From positions 199,268,001 to 199,332,000 of the forward strand of contig OZ024742.1 in assembly GCA_964016885.1 (NCBI GenBank): 64,000 nt of DNA. The letters are read 5' to 3'. This stretch comes from Eledone cirrhosa. Taxonomy: Eukaryota. The first letter of the stretch is position 1, and every line of letters begins with the position of its first letter. A program made the translations under genes and the position numbers. The notes under the pieces were generated by a model. It searched no databases and was not told the origin of the DNA. It saw only the letters and a program-made list of their open reading frames with translations. Positions 22,801 to 36,200 of the stretch are shown piece after piece.

Positions 22801-25800
22801 GCATGGAAAAATGGATGTAAAAACATTGATAATGATGTATAGATTTCCAATTATCAGGTCAACAATTTTTCTTCTGAAAAGCAAAAAAAAAAAAAATTGA
22901 GAAGCACTCTTCAGTCATGTTATGGACATGATAATCTTAGTGCTGATGCCAGAAAAAAAATCACCCAGTATACTCTGTAAAGTGGTTGGCATTGAAAAGG
23001 GCATCCAGCTGCAGAAAACTTGTAAAACAAATGGGTTGAGATGTCTCATCAGTTGATGAGACATCTCAACCGATTTGTTCATCTCAACCAACATGAGATG
23101 ACAACATCACTAGTGCTCGTGCCACAATAAAATGCACCCAGTGCACTCTGTAAAGTAGTTGGTGTCAGGAAGGGAATCCAGCCACAGAAAACTTGCAAAA
23201 CAAATGGGTTGAGAACTCTCTTCAGGTGTGTCAAAGTGATAACTGCCCTAGTGCCAGTGTCATGAAAAGCATCCTGTAAACTCTGTAAAGTGCAGGAACA
23301 TATGAAACCAAGATGCCCCTCTGCCCCCACACACATACACTTTGGCTTCAATTAAGTACTGTGTTGGTCCATAGTAACCCTTATTAGCATTGGTTAACAT
23401 TAAATGATGATTATGATGATGATGGATGTTTTCTTTTACTCTAACAAAAACTATTTTATTTGTAGATATTTGTGCCTATAATTCACCGTCTTAGCCAATT
23501 GATATCATGTCAATCATTAGATACAGACGACTACAAGGAGCCATTGTCAGTTCTCTCTGAACTCTGTGAAATTAAATGGGATAACTGTCGACCTATATGT
23601 TCATTGGTAAGTTAACTTCTTACATACTCCTTGGAAGGAGTTAGTAATATAACTGTGTGGAACATAACTTAAAGGTTCTGACAATAATGTGGAAAGTGAT
23701 ATAAGGCAAAATGGATGGTAAGATGAAGGTAATGAAAACGTAAGTTACCTGGTAATCTTTTTTTTTGTTGTTTCTTTTGTCCTAATATTTCGGGACTTAA
23801 AATTCCCTTCTTCAGAGTATATGGAACTCTTGAGAAAAATGTTCCAACAATATTTTTTGAGGAAAGTTTTTAGATAAACATACCATATTTCTAATGAATG
23901 ACCCTGCCTATGATTTTCAAATAATTTGGAAGTAATGTAACTAATTTTCTCATTATTAAGCTGGTGTGTGGAGCATAACTTAAAGGTTCTTAGATAATGT
24001 TAAGGTATAAACTTTTTAGATAAATATTTCATTACCATATTTTTAATAGATAATACCTGTGATTTTCAAATAGTTTTTGAAAATAAAGAATTTGGAGTGA
24101 TTGAGTAATATAACTAACTTTTCATTAAGTTGGTGGCTGGAACATAACTTAACAAACGTTTATAAATAAATTATGATGGAAGGTTTTTTTAGATAAGCAG
24201 TTTGTATTTAGAACCAGAGGGTGGTTTCAGGAAATTTGATATCAGAGGGTTAAAGGTAGATTTACAGGAAGCGGCGTTGCACAGGATAAGGTATTTTGGT
24301 ATGCGGGCTGCCAACTGACCTAATCGTGGAAAAACTGCATGCGTGGACAATATGTAAAGAAAATAAACCGAATACTCTGATGGCTGGATAATCTTTAAGA
24401 TTTTCCTCGATGAACCAGGAAAAATGCAGGCTTTCACCTAATGCGGGGGCCTAGGAGATCAAGAAAATGAATTTTTTTTATGTGCATAATATGCCTTGAA
24501 ATTTTGGGAAAATCGGTTACACGTAACGCCTCAAAAAAGCCCTAAAAAGCTGAAAAAAAAATGAAGTTTTTCACCTAATGCGGGCCCTAGACCATAACAA
24601 AGTTGGATTTTCTTTTCTCACGGTATGAAGAAGAGACTGACTAATGCATAGTTACAATTTCAAGGAAATAAGTCTGATGTAACGACTCAAAAAACCCCTA
24701 AAAACCTGAAAAAACGCATTTCTTCAACTAATGTGGGCCCTAAGGGATCAAAAAGTTGAATTTTTTTTATGTGCATAACACTCCCTGAAACATAAGTAAT
24801 ACACATGTAAAGTTTGAAAAAAGTCGGTTGAGTACTTCTCGAGTTTTAGGGATTCAAACTCTCACACACACATCCTCAGGGAAGTGACGTAATTCAGACA
24901 GTCAGACATACAGACAGATATTATAAGGGCGCGACGTTATATGTATGTATCTTTCTAAAAAGAGAAAGACTAAGAATTATAGAGAGAGATCGCTAAACTG
25001 TCTAATGCGGTCCCTAGATCATTGAAAATTTGAAATTCTTTTTGCTCAGAACACTCCCTGAAACATAAGTATTCTATGTGTAAAGTTTGAAAACAGTCGG
25101 TTGGGTTGTTCTCTAGTTTTAGGGATTCAAACTCTCACACACACAGACAGACATCCTCAGTTTTATATATATAGATAACGTTTTGAATATCAGAAACATC
25201 ATGTCGACCAAAGACATACTGGTATATATTTTATCTCCTATCACTTATATGCCAAAAGCATGCTGGTATGTCTTGTACTTCTCAGCCATTATGTACTAAA
25301 AACATACTGGTGTATCTTTTATCTTCCACCCTTTGTGTGCCAAAGATGTATTGATATATCTTTTACCATCCACTCCGTGTGTGTCAAAAACATACTAGTA
25401 CATCGTTTATTTCCTACCACTTTAGTGCTAAAAACACACTGGTATGTCTTTTACCTTCTTTCCTTTGTGTACCAAAGATATGTCTTTCACCTCATACCGA
25501 ATGTGCACCAAGGACATACTGGCATGTTTTAGTTTAGTTTATGAAGCATACATGTAATCCCAGCCATGTGCAGTAAAAATATCCAAGATGGCACGGTAGT
25601 TGAAGAGGTAAGGTGGTGTGTTTGTGAATCAATACAAATATACATAATGATAAAATCTCCCTGCTTTGACTGTTTTTATATTAATTAATTAGCTAATTAA
25701 TTTGCTAATTAATTTGTTGTTATTTGATATATAATGAAATAATTTTATCTAAAATAACAAGTAAGGTGGTAAATTGGCATAGTTGTTATATAGATTGGTT

Positions 25801-27372
25801 TGTGGTATTTGTTCTGGCACTCTGTTTTCTTGAGTGCAAATCTCACCGAGGTCAACTTTGTCTTTCAACCATTCAAGGTCGATAAAAAAAAAGTGCCAGT
25901 CAAGTACTAGGGTCAATTCTTCCTCTATATCCCTTTCTCACTTCCTGTCTCACTCTCTATCCTTCTCTGGGAGAAATCTGCTGTATTCAGAGATGGTGAG
26001 GAGATGGGCTCCACCAAGATTTAAAATGTCCTAGAAATGTTGTATATCAATATGCTGCTCCTCTGATTCCCCCAGAGTTAGGGGACCATCCATCCAAAGT
26101 AGCAAGTAGTCAAGTTAGAACAAAGAAATTATAGTATAATCCACTGGTATCTTAACCTGGTAACCTTGGATTGTCTCAATGAAATTTTCTTTAAATGTTA
26201 CTGACCCTTTTGCTTTTGTCTTATCAGAGAGTGTCTCATTTTTTATTAATCTTTTGTCTTATCAGAGAGTGTCTCATTTTTTATTAATCTTTTGTCTCGT
26301 CAGAGAATGTTTCATTTTTGTTTTCTTTTGTCTCATCAGAGTGTCTCATTTTTGTTTAATCTTTTGTCTCATCAGATGGTGTCCCAATCTAACTGGTTAC
26401 CCAAGGTAATGAGAAAGACCACAGGACTGGAAATGGAGAAACTCACATTACTGGGACCTTTTCTATCAATATCTGTTTTTGTTGGTGATAATGTAAGTTT
26501 TTAGTTTTTGATTATTTCTTTTCTCATTTTAACTATTAACACCTTATAATGATTTAGCAGAAAATCAGATGTGTTAATTTAAATGATTAAAATATTTTAA
26601 GTATTTATTTTTAGGATCTAAATATATAAACTTTCATTGTGATCATCATATGTACAAATGACATACTGATTAAGTATGAGTAACTTTGGAGAAATAACTA
26701 TTTACAATGACAAATGTAAGGTTAGAACCCAGGACCTTGTGATTGGAAAACAAGCCTCTTATTGTAGCAACATGACTAATATAGGAACTGCATCATATAT
26801 GTGTGTGTTTGAGTAAATTTTAAAGCGTTTCAGGCAGTTATCATCATCATCATTGTCATTTAACGTCCATTTTCCATGCTAGCATGGAAATAGAGCTGTA
26901 TCTTTTTCAGGGGACCGTGTTTTGCTCAAACAGAACTGATTTTGGTTGCGTTTCTACAGCTGGATGCCCTTCCTAATGTCAACCACATTTACAATGTGTG
27001 CTGGGTGCTTTTTATCGTGATATCTACACAACCTTCATTTTATATATATACATACAAACACATATAGCATATTATGGTTATTACTTATATTGCTGAATTA
27101 ATTGCCTGGTGTCATCACTAAATAATATAATCGGTGTAAACTTGGCTGTATAGTTAAGAAGTTTGTTTTGGAACCATGTGGTTTTTGGTTTCATCTCAGT
27201 GTGTGGCACCTTAAACAAATGTCTTTTATTATAGACTTAGGCTGATCAATATCTTGGGAATGAATTAAGTAGATGAGAATTACGAGTGAGCCCACTGTGT
27301 GTGTATGTATATATATATCATCATCATTTTCATTTAACGTCCATCTTCCACGCTAGCATGGGTTAGATGGAG

Positions 27373-27405
<33 letters not shown>

Positions 27406-30400
27406 AAAGTGAATAGGGTATTAGGAAAACTATGCAAAATCTGTTGAAATTTGAAGAAAGATTTTTTTTACACATAATAGGGTCTCTTACACGTTTCAAT
27501 GCATGATCATTGTTTAACGTCCATTTTCCCTGATAGCAATGACATATTATCACAGACATGTCAATACTCAAGTGAAGCCTCTGGTCTCCAGGTGGACTGG
27601 GGTCCTAACAAATGATCCCACGCTATACCAAGGGAATCTTATTGTGGCATCGACACTTGGGAAGTTGTCATATCCACACACACGCACACACACATATACA
27701 CACACACATATATTAGTGGTAGAGTATTGGCCTTGCAATCGAAAGGTTGTGAGTTCAATTCTCAGATCGGGTGATGTATTGTTTCCTTGAGCAAGACACT
27801 TTATTTCACATTGCTCCAGTTTACTCAGCTGTAGAAATGAGATGATAGGACTGGGGTCCATATCATTCCGCTGTAAAGTGGTCGTTTTTATGCCTGCATG
27901 GAAAAGCAAGCATAAAAATGATTTTGTAAATGTACTAACTAGATTAGTTATATACTAATAGATTAGTAATTATACTAACTAAATCTATTACATCATAATG
28001 AATTTGTAAATGTTAACTTGCAATAAATTGGTAACTGTACTCACTAGATCTGTTAAATTGAAATAAATTAGTAAACACAGTAACTAGATTTGTTCTCATC
28101 ATCACCATTGTTTAACATCTATCTTCCACGCTAGCATCGGTCAGATGGGAGTTATCCCACTTGAGGCAAAATTGATCGGGTGACCGTGTCTCGCTCGTAT
28201 AGGACTGTATCGGGCAGGTTTTCTATGGCTGGATGCCCTTCCTAACACCAACCACATTTATAGTGTGGACTAGGAGCTTTTTTACTGTGTCTCCTACACG
28301 ACCACTTTAGAGCGTAGACTGGATCCTTTTTGTTGTGACACCTACACAACCATTTTAGTGTGGATTGGATGTTCTGTGGTACCAACATAACTTTACAGAG
28401 AAAGGGTGGTGTGGGTGGGAGTGGGAGGATATAGTAGGGGTAGTGGGGTGGTGTGTATATTAATAAATTCCTGAATTTATAAATGTAGCCGAATATAATA
28501 TATTTGTTTATAAGTATTTCTCAGTATTTAATCTTATTGTTTTTTGTTTCAGGTAAAAGTTGTTGAGAAATATTTCTCTAACCATTTATTAACACCAGAC
28601 AATGCAAGACTTATTTTCCAAACTCTACAACATGGTCTGGAATATGCTCGGGTAAGTTGATCCCTTGCTGTTGTTGTTTATTTAGAGTCCCGTTATTCTT
28701 CCATGGGTCTTGAACTCCTGATACAGTCATAGGAGGAAGCATTGTGCCATACAGCATGTCTTTGGTATTTAAACTTGGCCCTTCCTTCTCCAGAAGTTGG
28801 CTCAGCTTGATTAAACAAATCTATAATGAAAGGTGTTCCAGCCATGACCATCCTGTCTATTATTCAGATATAGTTTATTTGACAAAAGGCTCTTAACTTT
28901 TGGAGTTGTCCTAGCATAAGGAAGGGCATTTTAAACCTGGCAAAGCCCATCCTTCTCCAGGTTAGAACACACCTGATTTCTTCCAGAGAAAAAGAAAGGG
29001 GGCGAGAGATGATCTCAATACTAGGCAGGTACCTCATCAACCTTGAAGGGATGAAAGTCGAAGTTGACTTTGGTGGTATTTGAACTCAGCGCGCAATAAG
29101 CCAGACCAAATTCTGTAGTATTTTTAATCCAGTGCCCTAATGGCCTTGCCAAATTTGCTGCCTTCTCGTGAATCTTGGGCTATATTATCCAGCACTGATC
29201 CAGAAGACTTATGATCAAAGATGTTCCAGCCATGACCTATTCAGACATAGTATATCTAGGATTACATTACCTGATGTGTCCATTCTTGTTCTTTAGTCCC
29301 AGGTCAATCCTGATCCACCAAACCTATGATTAAAGGTGTTCCAGTCATGCCTAGCTGAATCTTTTATTCAGACATTGTGTATCTAGAACTACATTGTCTA
29401 ACGAGTCCTTTCATTTTTTTAAAGAAGTTAGTCTGTGATTTGAGGAAAATTTGGATGTTATTTATAGCAGTCCAAACAATCACATTGAAGCCTTGTATTT
29501 GTGTATGTGTATATGTACAAACAAAAACCATACTTAGAAATAAGGGTTGCATCAGGAAGAGTGTCTGACCATAGAAAAACAATCAGACAAGAGACTTGTC
29601 CAATCCATACAAGCGGAAAACAAACCTAAAATGTTGTTTTAAATTTTTGATATTTGTTTCCAAATGTAATTGTTTATCTTTTTTTTATGTTCAACAGACG
29701 GAGCAGTATAAAATCATCCATGCAGTTCTAGTGAACTCAGAAAGCAGAGATGCTGCTATAGGGCTCTTGGAGAAGTTTATTGATAGAAATGCCAAGAAAT
29801 CTCAAATTCAGGTAATTTTTGTTCAGTATTTATTATTTGGTGGTATTTGTTCAGGGCTCTTTGTACACAATTTGAATTGCTCTGAGGTCAACTTTGCCTT
29901 TGATCCTTTCAGAGGGTAATAATTTCAATATGAAATAAAGCATCTTGTTCAAGGTCGCAATGTACTGCCTAGTTTGGGAATTGAACTCTCAACCTTACGG
30001 TTGTGAGCCCAACGCTCTTACCACGAAACCTTGATACACATACAAAATCATCATCATTTTTATGTCAGCTTTTCTATACTGTTAGATGAGACTTTTAAGG
30101 CAATGTTTTAGAGCCAGATGCCCTTTCTGATGCCAACCCTTTTAGTCACTTCTTACAACATGCAGAGATACGGTGTACCTAAACTAAACCGGATAAACAC
30201 CTGTGTACATGTGGTTGATGTAACATCTACTTTTTATTTTGCTCTAAAAATGTTAAATTTTTTAATTTCAGGTGGATGAGAGATATGTTGCTGGAGATGG
30301 TTTCATGCTCAACCTTCTCACAGTTCTTCAAATGTTGGCTATAAAGATCTCTTTGGATAAGGTAAGATTCTCTATGGTTCTCTTTTTAACTTTAAACTAC

Positions 30401-32926
30401 TTCTTTGGATTCTGGATTCTGTACCCCAAATTTTGAAACCTCTTACCATTTTCATTATCAGCTTATAGATAGCCTATACTAGACCTTTAGATGTGTATGG
30501 TGATCAATTGGGAGTCGTTAAAGCATCAGGTTAAATGCTATTGCATTTGTTCCAGCTCTCTGGGATTAAATCACACTCAGGCCAACTTTGCCTTTCATCC
30601 TTTCAGTTTAACCCATTAGTATTTAAACTGGCTCTTTCTGATCAGAATTCTCTCACCTCTTTCTGTTCAAATGGTATTGGTGAGGGCTTTATCATTGATA
30701 TGCACAAAACTTCCTATGAGATACAAATTCTTAGCAGGTTGGCTAAACTTACACTGGTGTGAATCATAGTAATTCTCTCTAATTTTGGCACAAAGCCAGT
30801 AATATGAGGTGAGGTGAAAGTCAATTATATGAACTCCGGTATTTTACTGGTACTTATTTTATCAATCCACAGAATCATGAAAGGAAAAGTTAACCATGGC
30901 AGGATTTAAATATAGATTGTAAAGAGCTGTATTTAAATACTGCAAAGCATTTTGTCTGATACTCTAGCAATTCTGCTAATCTGTAATCCTAATAATGGTT
31001 TCTTATATAGGCACAAGGCCAGCATATTTGGGGGGAGGGGGAAGAATGATAATGGTTTCTGATTTAGGCACAAAGCCTACAATTAGTGGGAGGGGAAAAG
31101 TCAATTAAATTGATCCCAGTGTTGGTATATTGGCACCTTATTTTATCGACCCTGTAAGGATGAAAGACAAAGTTAACCTTTGTGGGATTTGCGTTCAGAA
31201 CGTAAAGGGCTGTAACTATATGCTGTAAAGCATGTTGTCTGATGCTCTACTGATACTGCCAATCCAATAACAAAATATTAAAGATTTGCTCATATGTGTG
31301 CTGACATGTATACATGTATATGTACTTTCACATACTGATTATTCAAAACTCGAATAATCTCCAAATAATTTGAGGGGCGGCTGAAAAGTTCATATGCTGA
31401 CCAAGATACATGTAATGATCAAATGAGATTTATTTTTTTAACATAGTCCCTGGAAAGAAACAATGCAGTTATTAATAAAAAGAGTTGAAATTAATGCATG
31501 CACGATTTCACAGCTCTAGCATCACTTTTTCATAGTCAGCCTATGAACTTTTCAGCCCACCCTTGTAGTGCAGTGTTTTCCAAACTAAACTATTGGGCTA
31601 TATAAAAAACCTTTGGGATTCTGTGAAAAAAATCTGGGCTTTAACTTTTAAGAATTTCATGGGAGAAAATTTAGGGATAAAAATTCTCTATAAGGCATAG
31701 GGCATAGCTGTGTAATTAGACACAGGTGTGTCTTATAACCTGAACAGTATGGTAATCAGCAGTATTGTTTTGTATTTCAGGTGGATCTATTTTATCCGTT
31801 CCATCCAAACTGCAGAGTTGATATTTCATCTGAAAGTTGTATAAAGTGCACATCACAGGAGAGTGAAGAGTTTCATACAGAGCTGGGTAGGTCGCATGCA
31901 CGCGCACACACGCACACACACACACGCACACATGCATACACACATACACTCGCACGCATGCACACACATGCATACGCGCACACACACATGCATACACACA
32001 CACGCACACAATTGATATTGTTGATTTAAACATGCATTATTAATTATGCTTTCCAGTATAGTTACGTCCCTTTATGATCTGAGTTCAAATCCCGCCGAGG
32101 TTAACTTTGCCTTTCATCCTTACGGGGTCGATAAAATAAAGTACCAGTAATGCACTGGGATAATTGCTGGCCTTGTGCCTAAAGTAGACAATTATTAATT
32201 ATGATTTTTATATAAAATTGTGTTGGAAGATTTTAATTTAAGTAGCAATCTTTTTAAATAGTTTTTGTTTCATAGACTCAGAGCCACTTTTGGGAGACTC
32301 GTATATAAAGGGTTAATATTGGTTAGTATAAACCCATGCCAGCGTAGAAAAATAGACATTAAACAAGGATATTTAGGGTTAATATTGGTTATTAATATTG
32401 CAGGGGACAAGGTGACCTCACAAATTGTGACAAATTGTGACAACCTGTCCAACACATATTAACATATGATGATGAACATTATATATATATATAATAATTG
32501 TTTCTACTTTTTTACCACAAGGCCAGCAATTACCCAGTGCATTACTGGTACTTTATTTTATCGACCCCGTGAGGATGAAAGGCAAAGTGAACCTCGGCGG
32601 GATTTGAACTCAGACCGTAGAGGGACGTAACCATGCGTCAAAGTATGGCGTCCGACTCTCTACCGATACTGCCAATCCACCGCCCTTTATATATATATAT
32701 ATATATATATAATAATAAGTTGACGGGACTAGCATGGGTTTCACTGCTAGTACTGGTTGCATCTCGGAGTACCCAATAGGTAATGTTATGTAAAATCCCA
32801 GAGTAGATACATAATTATTTGCTTCAATGCAACACACGTAAATGGGTACCTTCAATCTATACTCATACTCGAGTTTCGGCTACAATTAATGCGGCAATAG
32901 AGTGCACAGCATCTACTGTCTGCATT

Positions 32927-32958
<32 letters not shown>

Positions 32959-32960
32959 TA

Positions 32961-32999
<39 letters not shown>

Positions 33000-33220
33000 A
33001 AAAGGCAAACAAATGACAAAGCAAACAACACAGTACAATGAAGAAATATATTAGTTTCACACTTAATATTATAGGAAAAGTCTTAACGTTTCAGATGCTA
33101 GCCTGTCATCAGAAAATAGAATGAGACATTAAAGAAGAAATAGAATGATAGAAGAGAGTGGGCAATGGCAGAAACCAAAATAAATTTTTGAGAAAAGAAA
33201 CCGGTCTATTCAAGTTGCTA

Positions 33221-33270
<50 letters not shown>

Positions 33271-36200
33271 ATAATAAAAGAAAATAAACGATTTAAAATT
33301 CTTTTTTTTTCTTTTTTTTTTTCTTCCAGCTAAAACTAAGAACTGGCAAGATCCTAAATTTTCTACAGAATGTTTCTTTTTGACGTTACACTGCCATCAT
33401 ATTTCCATCCTGCCACTTTCGAGGAAATACCAACGCCATCTAGTCATTATACGGAATTTAACTCGGGCAATTGAAGAGCTGGAGTCAAGTGAGGCTCAGT
33501 GGAAAGATTCACCTGTAGCTGCTCGGAATAAAGAATCTCTAGAGAAGTGGAAAGCACAAGTAAAGGTAAGGTTATTTTTATATATTTTTTACTGTTTAGT
33601 CAGGGAGCGAAGGGCAGTGCCCATGAAACGTTCTCATGGTTTCTGAGACTGGTGGCAGAGAGGAAAGGGCAATGCTATGAAACTTTTTAGGGTCTCCGAG
33701 ACCAGTGACAGGGAAGGAAGAGCAATGCCCATTAAACTTTTACTTTAAAATCCTCATCCTTTGAACTTTAAACATACCATAAATGATGTGTGCTCCCTAT
33801 ACTACCTGGATCACTATACAGATTAAGCTGACCAAATAATCATCTTTGTTCTTGCTTGATGTTGTATAATAATTATTATTATATGTATTTATGTGTTCTT
33901 TAGAAATTACAGAAGAGTAAGCTGTGTGCCAATGCTGGCCTGTTGGATGAATCTCTCTTAAGACGGTGTTTACAGTTCTATGGTGTTGTAGCAGATTATT
34001 TATTGAAAATGGCAGACCCTGAAAACCAAGGGTGAGGAATATTGACACAGGCCTGTGTCAGAGTATTTTTACTTCTAGAGTCTTCATTGCATCCATGGAG
34101 AAATAGGAATCTGTGTGTGTTTGTTTTTGTTAGATCTCGAGGAAAGAGAAGCGGTACCAAAGGTCTTCAAAGGCCATTCAAGACAATTAATTTGATGCCA
34201 CTGGTGTTCTGCTTAACTTTTAATATCCTGCAATGATTTAGCAGGAAATATCTTAATGAGTTTAATTCAAATGTTTATAGTTTTGTTAATGGTAGACAGA
34301 CATTTCATTTCATTTCATTTTCATTTCATTTCATTTCATTTTACGTCCGCTTTTTCCCTGCTTGCAAGGGTGGGACAGGAACTGATTCTGGCTTGATTTC
34401 TACAGCTGGATGCCCTTCCTAACACCAACCTCATTTACAGTGCTTTTTTCCGTGGCACCTCCACGTCCACTTTACAGTGGAATGATATGGACCCCAGTCC
34501 CTATCATCTCATTTCTACAGCTGAGTAAACTGGAGCAATGTGAAATAAAGTGTCTTGCTCAAGGAAACAACACATTACCCGGTCTGAGAATTGAACTCAC
34601 AACCTTTCGATTGCAAGGCCAATGCTCTAACCACTAAGCCATGTGCCTCCATTACTGTAAAAAATTGCAGTATTAGTATAAAGACTTTAATATTTAATGT
34701 GATGCAGTCATTATGCTGTTTTGTACTTTTCAAGAATGTCTTGCTAATGCAGCTTCATGTGGTACAGGATATTAAAAGTTAATGGAAAATTTGGAGAGTT
34801 ATATTAAAATTATTAATTATTTCATTATGAAGATGGTATTTGTAACATAACTTAACAAATGGTTTTTATATCAAATTATGTTGGGAGATTTTAATTTAAA
34901 TGGGACCCTTTAAAATGGGAAGTTTTGTTTCATAGAACCAGAGCCAAATTTGGCTTCATTGGTATCAAAAGGGTGAAGGTCATTTTCCCTGCTAAAGCAG
35001 GGGTTACCCTTGCTGAACCCATGACAAGCTTTATATTCTTCAAAGGGTCTTTTTTGAGGCAATGTTTTATGGCTGGATGCCCTTCCTGGTCCCAACCCTT
35101 TTAGTTTCCTCAACACGATGATGTGGTCTACCTATTAAACCAGATACACACTGTGTGTGTGTATGCATATCTGCATATACCCTCATAATATTGTGTATCA
35201 GTATCCTCATCATTGTTTTACATTCACTTTTCCATGTTGGCATGGTCTGGTCAAAACATTTTTGAGGCAATAGTTAGGTGACTAGATGCCTTTCCTGATT
35301 CCAAATCTTGTTTTTAAGTAAGGTTCTAATCTTCACATATCAAACTGCAAGACATAAACAAGGATACTTGCTGCCCAAGCAGTGTTAATGTAACAATACA
35401 CACATGCACACACAGCAGACTTCCACACAGTTTCTGTCTATCAATTATTTCAGTTGTAGTTGTTCAATCAAAATAACTACTCTTTGAGCATCTGTACAAA
35501 AATCACTGATAAAATATTTGACTGTTAAACTTAAAAAAAAGACAATGATAGAATGTTTGCTTGCCATGCAGGTGGCTCGGGTTCATATGCCAGCCAATGC
35601 ATCATGCCTTTTTCAATGGCAGTGCTCTTGGAGAGTTTTTCTAAAATTATTTTGATTATTAAGACAATATTTTGTAACATATCAAAAAGGTTATTATATA
35701 AAATTATGTTGGATGATATTAATTTAAATAGGAATCTTTGAAATAGTTGTTTTTGTCCCATAGAACCAGAGAGTTTGTGGGGGGTTGGTGTTGAAAGGCT
35801 AATGAGTTAGTGATGTCAGCTTATTTTAAATTCAAATAAAGTCATTTTAAACTGTAACCCTGCCTGTCTGTGTGTCACTGTCACTCTGTTTTCTTTCAGC
35901 AACAACTTACCATTGCCTCAAGTCACCAACAAGGCATTTGCTGCACTTCCAGAGTTTTATTTGGAAGATATTGCAGATTTCCTTTTATTTGTGCTGCAGT
36001 AAGTCTAGTCTTTCTATTAAATATTCTAAATATTCTGCAATCTAGGATGACATTTTATAATTACAACTATTCCTATTTGCTTCACTGTAGGGAATGTTAT
36101 GTTTATCTGGGGGTCAAATTATTCAAATAACCATGACTGTACTTCCCACCATATGTATATTTATGTGGTTGGAAGAGCATCCAGCTATAGAAATCAAGCC

